A stretch of DNA of 64,000 bases from Saccostrea cucullata (lineage: Eukaryota): contig NW_026926945.1 of the NCBI RefSeq assembly GCF_032062105.1, forward strand, positions 124,001 to 188,000, in the 5' to 3' direction. A program made the position numbers and the translations under genes. Within the stretch, counting starts at the first letter, position 1. Each line of letters opens with the position of its first letter. Positions 39,370 through 51,629 of the stretch are shown here, piece after piece. The notes under the pieces were generated by a model that was not told the DNA's origin, did no database searches, and saw nothing but the letters and a program-made list of their open reading frames with translations.

Positions 39370-39835
39370 AAACTACATCTATATACCTTCATCACCTGCA
39401 TACGGAGTATATATATCTCAGTTGATTCGATACGCAAGAACACGCTCTATGTATGAACAATTTCTAAAACGATGTAAATTATTGACAAGCAAGTTGATGA
39501 AACAAGAATATCAGCAGTGTCGTTTAAAATTGTAAGTTCTATGGTCGAAACAATGACCTTCTCAGCAAGTACAATTTATTGAGTCAAATGCTGACTGACG
39601 TTTTTCATATAAAATTGTTAGTCCATTATTTATACAGTGAATTGACGACGGATTTTTCCGTTATTTCCTGATCATGACAAGGAGTACACGGCGGGTGTGA
39701 CCGGTCAGCAGGGGATGCTCACTCCTCCATGGCACCTGATCCCACCTCTGATGTTTCGGAGGCCCGCGTTTGCTCTGCTCCTATTTTGTTTAATGGACTT
39801 TGAGATTGAATACTGTTCGTTATCTCCATATCCTT
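39370..39835 (+). mobile_element. Penelope-like 3' fragment (RT C-terminus plus 3' module)
   Basis: PSSPAYGVYISQLIRYAR...KLLTSKLMKQEYQQ followed by a complete module. Confidence 0.85.
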
Positions 39836-40997
39836 ATCTAATAATCATTCTATTTATTATAAAATACTCTCATTTGATATCTTTATTTATCAATGTCCTT
39901 TTTTTACAATTAAAAAAAAATCATAGTTATTGTCTGGTTTTCTTCAATTTCTATCTACAATGTTTTTCTTTGCATTCATATCACTACATCCTGGACATCA
40001 TAATTTTGCGTTTAATAGAAGAAAGCTAAAAATAAACACAACTATCGCAAAGGCAAAACAATCAACATTGAGTCGATCAAACGAGAAATATTCAGTAAGT
40101 AAGTTACATTTTTTTTATTCAAGCACTAAATACAATTATTCTGAAATAAGACAGATCCATGGAAAAGTAAATAAATTATTATATTAACACGTACATGCAT
40201 GTATCTTAACATACGTGAATTATTTATTTGCTTATGACATGAGAGCACAATTTGTTTTATTCGAATAAATTCTAAAAGCACTCTCAGTGTAGATTTGAAC
40301 ATCATTTGTTTGTTTTTTCATCTGTTGAATACTTTCTAATATGTGAGGTCATTGTGTGAATTTACGATGATAATTAGTAATGCTATACAATTTCTCTGAA
40401 TAAAATCGGAAGAAAATACCAGCCAAACCATACTTCTTGTTGTTTACTTTTACTTTAAAAACACATCATTTGATATTCGATAAACCCTCTGTGCAATTTA
40501 TATGAATTTTTAATCTATAAAAATACTAGAATGATAGTGTTATGAATTTAATTGAAGAACTTCTTGGAAAATACTCAGTGGGAAAGATTCTAGTAAAATA
40601 GTGTATATGTGTTCGTTGCATATATTAAACCTTAGTAATTAAACTGTAAAAAATAACAGAGAAAACAAATACAAACATACGCAAGGAAAACATAAAACAA
40701 ATCTAGAAATCTCTGGTCTTTAGCTTAATTTTTTTTAAAGAGGAAGTAAAACACTATCGAATATACTTCCTTATAAAAATAAGTTCCCTTTTGCACCATT
40801 ATTGAGGATATCAGTGAAGTATTTTCAAGCTTCGCTCAGCAGGTCATTTCAAACATCAAAAGTTGAAGATTTTTCTGAATTCATAAAATTGTTATATACT
40901 TCAGATGCAAACGCTTTGTGGTCAATGGGCATAAAAATGATAATACTTAAAAATATCATAACAGTACATTTACATAAAAAATCAAAAGCTATCATTA

Positions 40998-41630
40998 TTA
41001 CCTTAAACGAACACCGTTTTTAATAAACGTTAAGGTTCTATAAATTTTAATGCAACATTTTGCACAGATTCCAATACAATAAAGAAGTCCCTTGGCATTC
41101 ATTGCCTGGTGTGAGTACGAATTACCAACTAGTGTCCACGAGACAAAACTGTCACAGTTATTGTGAAACACTGAGTACTGCCTCTCCCCTAGTCGTCTTT
41201 TGGCCCTCTTTACAGCGTCAGTTTTCTGTTTGTGTGTCTCTGGGTAGCAGTCACACGTTACGAGGAACACCCCAGAACTAAAATCCAGGATCCCCTCCTT
41301 ATCCTCCGGTATCAGAGTCTCCTCAATAATCTCCGCTACCCCCCTTAACAGAATTATCATAGAAATCCTCTTCGGTGCATAGTGAATGATTGTTAATTGC
41401 GTTTCCTTTACCTCGGTCACCAAGAAGTGGTGATCGTAACTATAGTCAAATGTCCACCACAAAATACGAAGGGAGCGAGGTCTGCGAACTCTGATATGGG
41501 AAGCTGGCCCAATATCACCACACTGCACCATTCTCAACACTTCCGAAGCATCGTGTAACCTTTTTTCAACTTTTTGTGAGACAAGATCTGTTTTTCTGAA
41601 TACAGTCAAGTAATCGTATGCAGTATGCAT
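40998..41630 (-). CDS. LRAT/PLAAT family protein, paralogue 3, 210 aa
   Basis: Intact ORF: YDHHFLV, TIIHY, NNCDSFV and hydrophobic tail. Confidence 0.88.
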   Translation of the reverse strand: MHTAYDYLTVFRKTDLVSQKVEKRLHDASEVLRMVQCGDIGPASHIRVRRPRSLRILWWTFDYSYDHHFLVTEVKETQLTIIHYAPKRISMIILLRGVAEIIEETLIPEDKEGILDFSSGVFLVTCDCYPETHKQKTDAVKRAKRRLGERQYSVFHNNCDSFVSWTLVGNSYSHQAMNAKGLLYCIGICAKCCIKIYRTLTFIKNGVRLR

Positions 41631-41721
41631 GTCGATAGTATATTGATAATTTTTCCTTGAACTTACATAAAAAATATCTTTTTGCCTTGTGGTTAAACCT
41701 TAAATCATGAAAAACATTTGT

Positions 41722-41789
41722 CTTTTATAGTTCTTACTTTATTTTTAGAATGAACTGGATTTTCCCTATTGCTTCATGGAAGGCGGGGC
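41722..41789 (-). promoter_or_regulatory. Core promoter of paralogue 3: TATA, degenerate GAS, kB, GC box
   Basis: CTATAAAAG 41722-41730, TTTTTAGAA 41742-41750, GGGAAAATCC 41757-41766 (minus), GGAAGGCGGGGC 41778-41789 (plus). Confidence 0.7.
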
Positions 41790-43884
41790 TGAATGGCCTT
41801 CATCTTCGTTTGCGTTTAAAAGACAAGGATTAATAAAAAAAAAAAAAACGGAGGAAAAACAAAACAAAACTCAAGAATAAAAAGGGAAAGAAAATAGATG
41901 AGTCTTAAAGCTATAAGTTACTTATTTTAATTAGGCCTTTATGACTTACATATCCTCCAGTATGTACATTGTAACTATCGCTTTTATCTACTTTAATGTT
42001 TGTATTGTAGAAAGAGACAAAAAGAAATGTTACATGAAAGCCAACAACAAAATTTTAAAACCCATTATCGAAGTTTTATTGACTAAAATAATCTAGGTTC
42101 ATATAGGATATACTCAGCAATATAAAAACGAAGCTGATTCTTTTACGATTTACAAAAATGTAATCTATTTTGATTGTTAACCAATCAGATCAGCTTATTC
42201 TTTTCTCTTAACGTTTTTGAGATACATAGACTGAAACAGTTTTGTAATGAGTAATTAAAAAGTAAAAAAATCTTTTAAAGAGTATTAAAGGTGAATTTAA
42301 AGCAACTATAAAATATATTAAAAGATATAAAAATAAATTGAACAATAAATAACAAAGGGATAAACAAATAAGTGAATAAATAAATAAATCAAACTTCTTA
42401 TTGACATCACATTCGCAACTTATGAAAACCTAATATTTATAGAGAGCGAATTATTTAATGTCGTAATTTATTGTTTAAACCCCACTTTATTTATAAATAC
42501 TTCTAAAGCCTATTGAACTATTTTGGTCAATAAGTGTTACAAATGTATAAAAAAAAGTTGGTGTAGAAGTAGTGTTGTTTATACTGTTTATACTGTTCTC
42601 TATCTCCACATATTTCATTCCAAAAAATCATTCATTTTTTCAAATAACAAAAGGTTGAAATTTAATATCTTATCTTCTTAACCCTATTAAAATATATTGC
42701 TATTTTTACAGGTAAAAATTCAAGGTGCAACGTACATGTCCACGTTTCATCTGCTGTCTTCCGGAGAAGAGATATCGAATTTCACAGTTGGTAGTTTACA
42801 GGCATTCATAATGAGATACAAGTCGGATTGATCGCTAAGGGCATGTTGTGTATACACACAGGGCAGCGATAATAATGACTGGGGACTTCCTGGTCTTGTG
42901 AAGTACTTGTAAGATTTAAACACTTCTCAGATTGCTATCGATTTTAATTTCTAACAGAACAAAGAATACATCTTAACAAATCATTCACCAGAGTGTGTTT
43001 TCCTCATATTAAAAGCGAGATAATAACACATAACTGTATTGTGTTCTGGTTTGAATTATTAAAGTTTGATATAGTTATAAGAGGCTTCTAAGCAATAATA
43101 TAAGTATCTAGAAAAATGAGCTAAGACATGGACTTTGATGCTGGTTATTGTAATGATCGTAAAAACCCAAGTGCTACACATAGTACTTACTGCAAATTAT
43201 TTCTAAAACTTTTAATTCAATACAAAATTAAAAAATGTGGGATATCTTGTCAAAGTTTCGAAGTTTATCTTTTCAAACTTGCAATGTCAATAAAAACAAA
43301 ATTCTTGTACGATACAATCATTTCATTGTCCAGTGTGATTGGACAATTTCAAATTTTAAAACCAACACAGGAGAGTTTATACGTATATAGAAATGTAAAC
43401 ACTGTATTTCAATGTTATGTGAAATAACGTAAAATTAATCGGGTATACGAAGACAAGTTAGTCTTTTCCAGAGTTATGGGGAATCACCTTCCATTCAAAC
43501 TAGTTGGAGGCGGGGGCTGACATCATATGCCTTAATTGTTGGATTTTATGAATGAAAAAAGGGCTTGGTAGGTATTCGTCCATTAAACGTTCACGAATCT
43601 TTACGAATTCATTCCACTGAATGATTTTCTTCACTTGTGTGCCTTCAAGTCAAAATCTAAATATATACCTTATAATGAAAAGGAAAATCTTCAACACTCA
43701 AAAAGCTGTTTTAAAATATATATCTTTTTAGAATAAAGAAATAAAAACACAAGAATGCAAAGATGGATTTTCTTTTTTTAATAGCATTAAAATGCCATTT
43801 TTCTTTTATATTTTTTAACCATTCTAAATTCTATCATTAACCTGACACTGAAGAAAAAAGTTAATCTGTTTTAGTTTTTACACA

Positions 43885-44800
43885 AATCCATAAAACAATA
43901 CAAAAAAAAGAGCAGAGTAAATACTGACCTCCAAAACATTAGAGGTGGGATCAGGTGCCATGCAAAAGTGAGCATCCACTTTTCACAGGTCACATCTGCC
44001 ATGGGCTTCTTGTCATGATCGGGAAATAAGGTTAAAATCATTCCTCAATTCAATGTGTAAATAATGGAGTAACAATTAGTATGAAAAATGTCTTCCAGTC
44101 AGCATTGATTCAATGATAAGTTGTATTTGCTGACAAGGTGATTGCGTCGACCATAGAACTTATGAATTGGTAACTTTAAAAGAGAATGCTATTATACTTG
44201 TTTCATCAACTTGTCTGTCAAGAATTTACTTTTAGAAATTTTAAGCAGCGCATGCTCTTGCGCATCGATTTTTGACATATTCTGCTTCATATGAATACCA
44301 CAAAACGTCTATTATTAGGAAGATACAATTGGTACTCATTGGAATTCCAATAAATTGTTGGAAGACATGGTTTCAAAAAACCAAATAGATATTGTCAATG
44401 ACCCAAGCATCTTTTTGATATCACCTTAAGAGTACTTTATGTCCAATCAGAATGAAGTCACCAAATAGGGTTTTCAGCAAATACAACATTTATAATTAAG
44501 TCAAGTGCTTATTAACGTTTTTTCAAACTAATAATTGGGCAATAATATTTACATGCTGAATCATCGACGAATTTTTCCGATTTTTTGGCGATCATGACAT
44601 GGAGTTCAAGGTGCGTGTGACCGGTTGGCAGGGGATGCTCACTCCTCCATGGCATCTGATTCCACCTCTGATTATTTAGAGGCCCTTATTTGCTCGGCTC
44701 TTCTGATGTTTTAGTGGACCGTATTTGCTCATCTCCCGATTTTTTAATTGTTTGAATTGACTTTTGAGCTTTAATACTTGATTATTACCTTCTTATCATT
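43885..44800. mobile_element. Inverted pair of Penelope-like fragments (43885-44460 minus; 44560-44800 plus)
   Basis: 3' module present in both orientations; a GIPM-type RT remnant at about 44330-44370 on the minus strand. Confidence 0.75.
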
Positions 44801-45977
44801 CAAGGATACTATAGACGTATAAATTTAAGAAACTTGAGTTGATCTAAATTCAAATCTAGTTGCTGTAAGTGATAGCAAAGGCACCTTACATATTAACACA
44901 TACCATGCATATCTGAATAATTGCATGCAATCTATCTTTAGGCAGGTTTATTTGAAACATGAAATCATAGTTATCATGAAGACACCAAGTTCATACAGTA
45001 AACAACTGATCGTAAGGTCTATTTATAATTCAAAAGTGTGTGCAAACCTATCTTCTGATTCAACCAAAACATCTTCTTTATTTCTTTTCAAAACATTGTT
45101 ATCTCGATCAAATATTAAATCATTTCATTTTTTTTTTTTTAGTTTGGTAAAACAGGTTTTTTCAGACACCGTATATATATGCACCTAAAAAAGCCACATT
45201 AAAGTATTTGTTGTAAGTTAAAATTATGCACTATGGTATCAAATTAAAACAGTTTTGCTTAAAACCTTCTCAATTATAATTATTGTTGATGGTAAAATTT
45301 TTTAACCGGAATACGGACTCATTAATTTTGATGGAACTATCAACCAATATGGAATTTCAAATCATATCGTTTCTAAACAGAAAAAATGCTACAATTTAAT
45401 TGGATTGTTTTCCCTTGCAAGTAGAAACAAAATCAGACAGAGGAACACTAAGTTCAGTGACGAGAACTGCGTTTGCTAGTCTAGTCAAAATACATTCATT
45501 TAAAGGATTAGTAGTAATCAGCATCAGCTCTTTTCCGACATAAAGAAAACTGTGTCTAGTTTATTATTGGATTGTCAATGGGACACTAGGGATACGATTG
45601 AAAGTTTCAACTTGGCTATATATATAACTTCAAAAAGTAAATTTCAGTAAATAAGTGTTATATATAGCTGGATGAAAAAAAAATTGAAGAAATGTTTAAA
45701 TTTCTCTCTTTTCAATAGCTTTACAGTGCACTCAATATAATATATTAGCATATACTGCGTGTCTCAATAAATTAACATAGTAGAATTCGCTACTTTAAAT
45801 TACAGAACTCTAAACAACAGCACTGCTGCCCTTTGTTATTTGGACACCCGGGGAAAAAGCTAATCAATTATAAAAATTCACAACAATCATGGCAAGAAGT
45901 CAACAAGTCCAGTTTCTGAACTGTACAACGAAAAAAATTTATTTGAGAATTTATTTGAAAATTATTGACTCAAAAAG

Positions 45978-45979
<2 letters not shown>

Positions 45980-46017
<38 letters not shown>
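45980..46017 (+). repeat. (GA)19 microsatellite
   Basis: Read directly. Confidence 0.95.
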
Positions 46018-46019
<2 letters not shown>

Positions 46020-47137
46020 TTTAATAATTTTGATCGTGAATATACATGTATAGTATGATTTATCATTTATTCAACGACTTTTGAAAATATGTGAATGTCC
46101 ATTTGTACTATGTTATTTGTATTTTTAAAAGTGATTTTATCTAACATATACTTAAAAACATTCTTCATCCTTAATGTTGAAAGTTAATAAGCTCAACGTA
46201 ATGTCAAATTAAAATAGAATAAAAAGGAAGAAAAAATCCATAAGCGGCTGATGAAATAGAAAGAAAAAAAAGCAATTGCGTAGTAATCACCTGATCATGC
46301 AGCTTAAAGTTCCAGATGTTTAGGGGAATTCCAAAGTTAATCAGAGTTCTACAAGTAAATAATAAACAACTAAAAACAATTACAGCTGAAAAGTTACCAC
46401 GTGTATCGCAATCATTTGATTCACACGATCCCATTAGCTTACTGTAATGTTTGTGTTGTTAAGTGTAGAAATCAAATGTCAAGTATGTTCTCAATATACG
46501 AACTTGTGGTGATAAGTGCATGCTGTTTATATGCAAGTGTGTATCCTTAGTAGCACTCTCTCACGTACCATTTCTGATATACTGAACAGATTTGTTTTTA
46601 TTTTAATGTTTACGAATAAAGCATAGAGTACTAATATCAATAAACTTAACATCGGTATCTAAAAATGAAAAAAATAAACCAAAATGATACATAACTCACA
46701 TGAAAAGTTCCTTTAAGTTTTTACTTTGTAGAGGTTTTTGACAACGTCGTGTGTCAATTTGTCTGTCTGTAGTGCCGCATAACATGCTGATCCCTTTTCT
46801 TTTTTTTTAAAATTGTGCCAGTAATATAGATCCTACATTAATCTCTATTGCTTCTAAAGAGAAAAAAAGAATCGATACTATTGAATTAAGGATTTAAAAA
46901 AAAAAATTATGTGAGTTATTGGTGTTTAAATTACACATAATTGTCACGCAGGCATATTTCATGAAGCACTAGAAAAATATACCTGCGTGCAAGTGATTTA
47001 CACACAAATAATTCACTCCACACTTAAAAAATTCCTTATATTTACATTTTCAATGTCTTAAAGCATAAAAATATACTCAGTTTTTGAATTTCATGCAGCC
47101 CTATATCTTTATGTTTTTACTAAGATCTCTGTAGCCT

Positions 47138-47956
47138 CCCTTACCAAAGTAAAATTATTGCAGCAATATTGCTGCTATATTGCGGCAACATTGCAGCAAC
47201 ATATTTTTGTCACCAGAAATAAGCTTTTTGGGTTAGTGAAATATCACTGATAGCTGCAACAATTTGTGGTGACATTCTGGCAATGCTGCCAGGAAAAAAA
47301 ATTTCTGTCAGTATTGCAAGAATGTCACCAGAAGATCTAAAATTACCCATTAGGCATTTGTGAGCATGCTCAGCCATTTTATTTAAAAATATTTTTAATA
47401 TATTTAACTAAGCAAAAAAACTAGAATGAAACTCATTTTTGAATAAATGGAAATTCCAGCATGATTATGGTGTATTTCGCTGCCATGGCAACTGAAACGA
47501 TAATTTTATAATCATTTTCTGAAACTACACAATACCTGCTTTCAGAATATATATATACATTGGTATGTACAAATATTATAAGAAATACTAAAACAATGCA
47601 TCGAAATCTTAATATCAATTTGTTTAGAAGTTCTTAAAATCTTTGCCATGGAAGGAGTTAAGTACCTATTTCTTACTGACTCTGTAGCTTATTATGCTAT
47701 TGATTTATTCCTCAGCACAGTTTGTTAATTGTTAGATTGATAGATCATTATTTCTATTAAATACCAATTTATATAGGTAGTACTGCAGTGCAGCAACATT
47801 GCCGCAACACCTTTCTGATAATATTGCCGCAAATCTAATTTGAATGCGAAAAACGATATTGCCGCAATATTGCTGCAATGTATTGCCAGAATGTTGCTGC
47901 AATATTGTGGCAATAATGCAAGAAGATGTTGCCAGAAGGTGAGTATTTAGGTAAGG
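47138..47956. mobile_element. Non-autonomous DNA transposon with subterminal TTGCNGCAA repeats (EnSpm/CMC-like)
   Basis: CCCTTACCAAAGTA ... TATTTAGGTAAGG imperfect TIR, CT on both flanks, arrays of ttgc(a/t/g/c)gcaa near both ends. Confidence 0.6.
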
Positions 47957-49369
47957 CTCATTATGGCGTCAAGTTAGAGCACGTTTCTCCGTGTATGTCT
48001 ACGCGTGAGTTTACAGAAAAACGTTATTCACATCAATTTCTACGGCTGTTTTACAAGAAAAACAAAGCAAATGGAAAAATATTAATTATATTACATTACC
48101 TTCGAATAATGAAAACTTGCTTTTAATGAAATGTTTTAAATAAGAAGAACGATTAATTTTGGCACTTAAAAAATACATATATATGTCCCTTGTTTTAAGT
48201 TTTTGAGAAACAAGGCCTGGCGGTAAAATAGATATTGCATGTTATAAAAAAAAATTCTAGGCCTGTCTTTCCAGTTTTTATTAACGCTGGTAAACATGGT
48301 TAGATAATGTAGTTCTTATATTTGTTAATTGTGTTTTATAATTTTTTGTAAAATTTCACAGCATTTCCAAGACATTATTTTTTTTTCTTTTGATAACACA
48401 GGAATTCGATACATCTCGTAAAAGTTTGATATAAAGTTCCTACCAATGGTTTATGTGTCAAAGCTTTGCAGGGCAAAAGCACAGAATGAAAGTTAACTTA
48501 TAATCAATATTCAACAATCACAATTGTGAAATTGTCATTTTACCGTTTTTTATAATGGAAATCTAAAGGCCTTTCACAGGGTTTCTCTCCTTTGAAATTT
48601 GACTGTGTTGCAGAGTTTACGCGAAGCACTAAAATTTGGCGGTATTTTCGCCATTAAATTTGCAAATGAATCACTTTTCATGATAATTACAAAAGAATAC
48701 CTGCACACACTTTAAAAAAAATATCACAAATTCGTTACACAAATGGTATGGTCGCACGTATTGATAAATAATAAAACCACATGTTCTGAAGAGCAGAGGA
48801 AATTCTGGTCGATACAGTCGAACTACTTACCATTTTGGAAAGTAAATTTGCCGTTATTTTTTTGTCAGTTTTCTTGATCGAATTATCGAATTACATAATT
48901 CTTGAGCCGTTACTCTATAGAGAAGACATAATTAAATATCTTTAAAAAATAATACAAAGTTTTTTAATTCAACTACTAATTAACTGTTTCATGGAAGTGT
49001 GAAAAGAACTTATTTGTCTTTGTTCCTTCATGCGTAAAGTCCAGCGAGGGTCTAGAAGATAATTGATTATCCAAGATGAAGCCCTAATTCAGTGCTCTAC
49101 CTTTTAGAATTGAAAGACGGTAGAATTGTTTGATTAAGGTTTCAGTTACAGAGAATATAATTATACATTTGGATTTTCTTATTACATGTATCACAGATCT
49201 TACTGTGTCTGGCAAAATGTTTACTGTGTCGCACGCATAAAATTTGAATCCTTACTGTGTCGGAGAAAAAATTACCGTGTTGGGACCAACACAATAATAC
49301 AGCTGATGGAGAACCCCCGCTTTCAGTTCTCATTTGATTTAAAATGGTGGGAAAGTCCGCGCAAATGAA

Positions 49370-51154
49370 AAATGGACTTATAATGGTGAAAATATAGAAA
49401 TAGTGGACCAGTTTGTCTATTTAGGCATTGTGTTTAACTATAACTGTAAATTCCTTAATGCCCAAAAACAATTAGCGGCACAAGGTCGCAAGGCTATGTT
49501 CGCTCTTAAATCAACAATGAAGCAGCTTTATTTAAATCATTGTACTTTGTTTTCTATTTTTGATACCTATGTGTGTAGTATCTTAAACTATGGATGTGAA
49601 GTTTGGGGATCCCACAAAGGCCAAGACATTGAAAAGGTTCATCTTGAGTTTATACGATATGTACTCGGTGTCCGTAAAACTACAAACACGTCCATGTTGT
49701 ACTTTGAGACAGGACGTCTACCCATGTACCTTATTCGTATTTATCGAATGTTTAAATTCTGGTTTAAATTATTACAGTCTGAAAATTGTATATTAAGAGC
49801 TGCTTATGATTGGTCTTATTGTAGTTGTGAAAATGATAAGCAAAATTATCAAAGTTGGGCAAAGTTTATCAAGGAGCAATTACATTGTTTGGGCCTTGGG
49901 TATACAGTAAAACACGTTTAGTACGAACACGGATATAGCGAATTCACGGATATAACGAAGTGTTTCTGGTTCCCCGGCAAAATTCTTTACAAATCTTTGT
50001 AAAATTTTACGGTTATAACGAATTCTGATATAACGAATTTACGGATATAGCGAACTAATTTTGAGTCCCGTTGAGGTTAAATATAATGAATTTTATATCT
50101 TCTATAACGAACTTTCAAAGATTTCAAAATTTGAGTAATTAAACTGACTTTATTTTCTCTCAGCATTTGTATATAAAATTCAAATCATATTAAAAACCTT
50201 AGTTATCGAAGATATGTTTTGTGATATTTGCTTCCCTAACATATTTGATAGTAACACTTGAAGGAAAACATGCATATTGTGAATTCGCTATATATGGTGA
50301 CACGAATTCGTTATACGGATATAACGAATTACGGATATAGCGAATTAGATTAACAGGTCCCAAGGACTTCGCTATAACCGTGTTTTACTGTATGTGGAAC
50401 GACCAAAGGAATCTGAATAGTCGGATCTGTCTGCCAATCATTCGTCAAAGACTTAATGATCACTTTATACAGACCCTATATAGCAAAATGCAAATAGAAT
50501 CAAAATGTTATATTTATAAACATTTAATTGACAATTTTTGCTTGCAATATTATTTAGAAAAATCGATACCAAAGGTGTACAAAAAATGTATTTCTAAAAT
50601 GAGGTTGTCTTCGCATAATCTGTTTATTGAAACTGGTAGGCATAAAAATATAACAAGAGACAAAAAATTCTGTAAAATATGTACTACAGAAATTGAAGAT
50701 GAATACCATTTTTTACTTGTTTGCCCAATTTATTCAACATTGCGTACAAAGTTTTTGAAAAAATATTATTGGTATAGGCCATCTATGTACAAATTAATAC
50801 AGTTGCTAAGTGTGAATAATGTAAAAGAATTATGTAATTTAGGGAAGTTTATCTATAAAGCCCTCGCGCTTAGAAATGATTTAATAATGTAATGGTGTGT
50901 CATTTGCTGATTTGTTACTCCTATATTATTATATGATTGATATGATTTTATCTGCTTTATTACATGTCATTCTCCATATGAACTGTAAAGACTGTTAAAA
51001 TGAGTTTATATGTATATATGTGCATGTTTCATAAGGGTTTACAAGACTGACCAGCCATTATTAATTTCTTTATTTCATTTGTTTATATTGTATAAATGCT
51101 ATAAGACGTATGTCTTTTGCAATAAAGAATTGAATTGAATTGAATTGAATTGAA
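49370..51154 (+). mobile_element. 5'-truncated non-LTR retrotransposon (RTE-X-like) ORF2 C-terminus, 3' UTR and (GAATT)n tail
   Basis: FVYLGIVF...ILNYGCEVWG...ETGRLP, then RLSSHNLFIETGR...CKIC...EDEYHFLLVC zinc knuckle; AATAAA plus (GAATT)5 at 51121-51154. Confidence 0.85.
49905..50390. mobile_element. Tc1/mariner-pogo type MITE inserted in the LINE
   Basis: TA|CAGTAAAACACG ... CGTGTTTTACTG|TA; internal (ggat)ataacgaa repeats; excision rejoins the two ORFs in frame. Confidence 0.92.
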
Positions 51155-51629
51155 GTTGAAAAGCCTGAACGGATGTTAGAGAAACCAGTAGGTTCAGAGG
51201 ACTTGGGAAATCAGCCCTTTCCTCGGAGTTTCTTCAACCCATCAATGACTATGGCTCTGATATTGGTTTATGCCTATGACCTCCTTACCACTTTAAAATG
51301 TTTATGACTTCTTTTAAAAATGTAGGAATATCTTTTTGTTACTCCTTAGAAAAGGTTTCTAAATTAAAAAAAAATCTTTTCTTATGGCTATAAATGTTTT
51401 TTTTAGCCATTTATGTATCCAGTGACTGTTTCATCCCCGATTATGGTTCTAGCGATATTCTTTACATTCATTGTCCCTGTGCAGCCCCATTGCTACGAAA
51501 TAAATTAATATTCTTTATTCATTGTATAAAATAAATTACCTTCTTTTCATTTTAATGATTAGGTTGAAAAAACGTTTTTGTAATTATTCAAACGATGAAC
51601 CTATTCCACTGAATCACCTGTATTGTGTA

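Noticed and set aside
39670-39760. Hammerhead ribozyme or SECIS in the Penelope 3' module
   Set aside because: No CUGAUGA...GAAA core, and no AUGA-(11-12 nt)-AA...GA SECIS geometry.
47975-49099. Element with TAGAGCAC / GTGCTCTA ends
   Set aside because: Only an 8-bp inverted repeat and no target-site duplication; not supportable.
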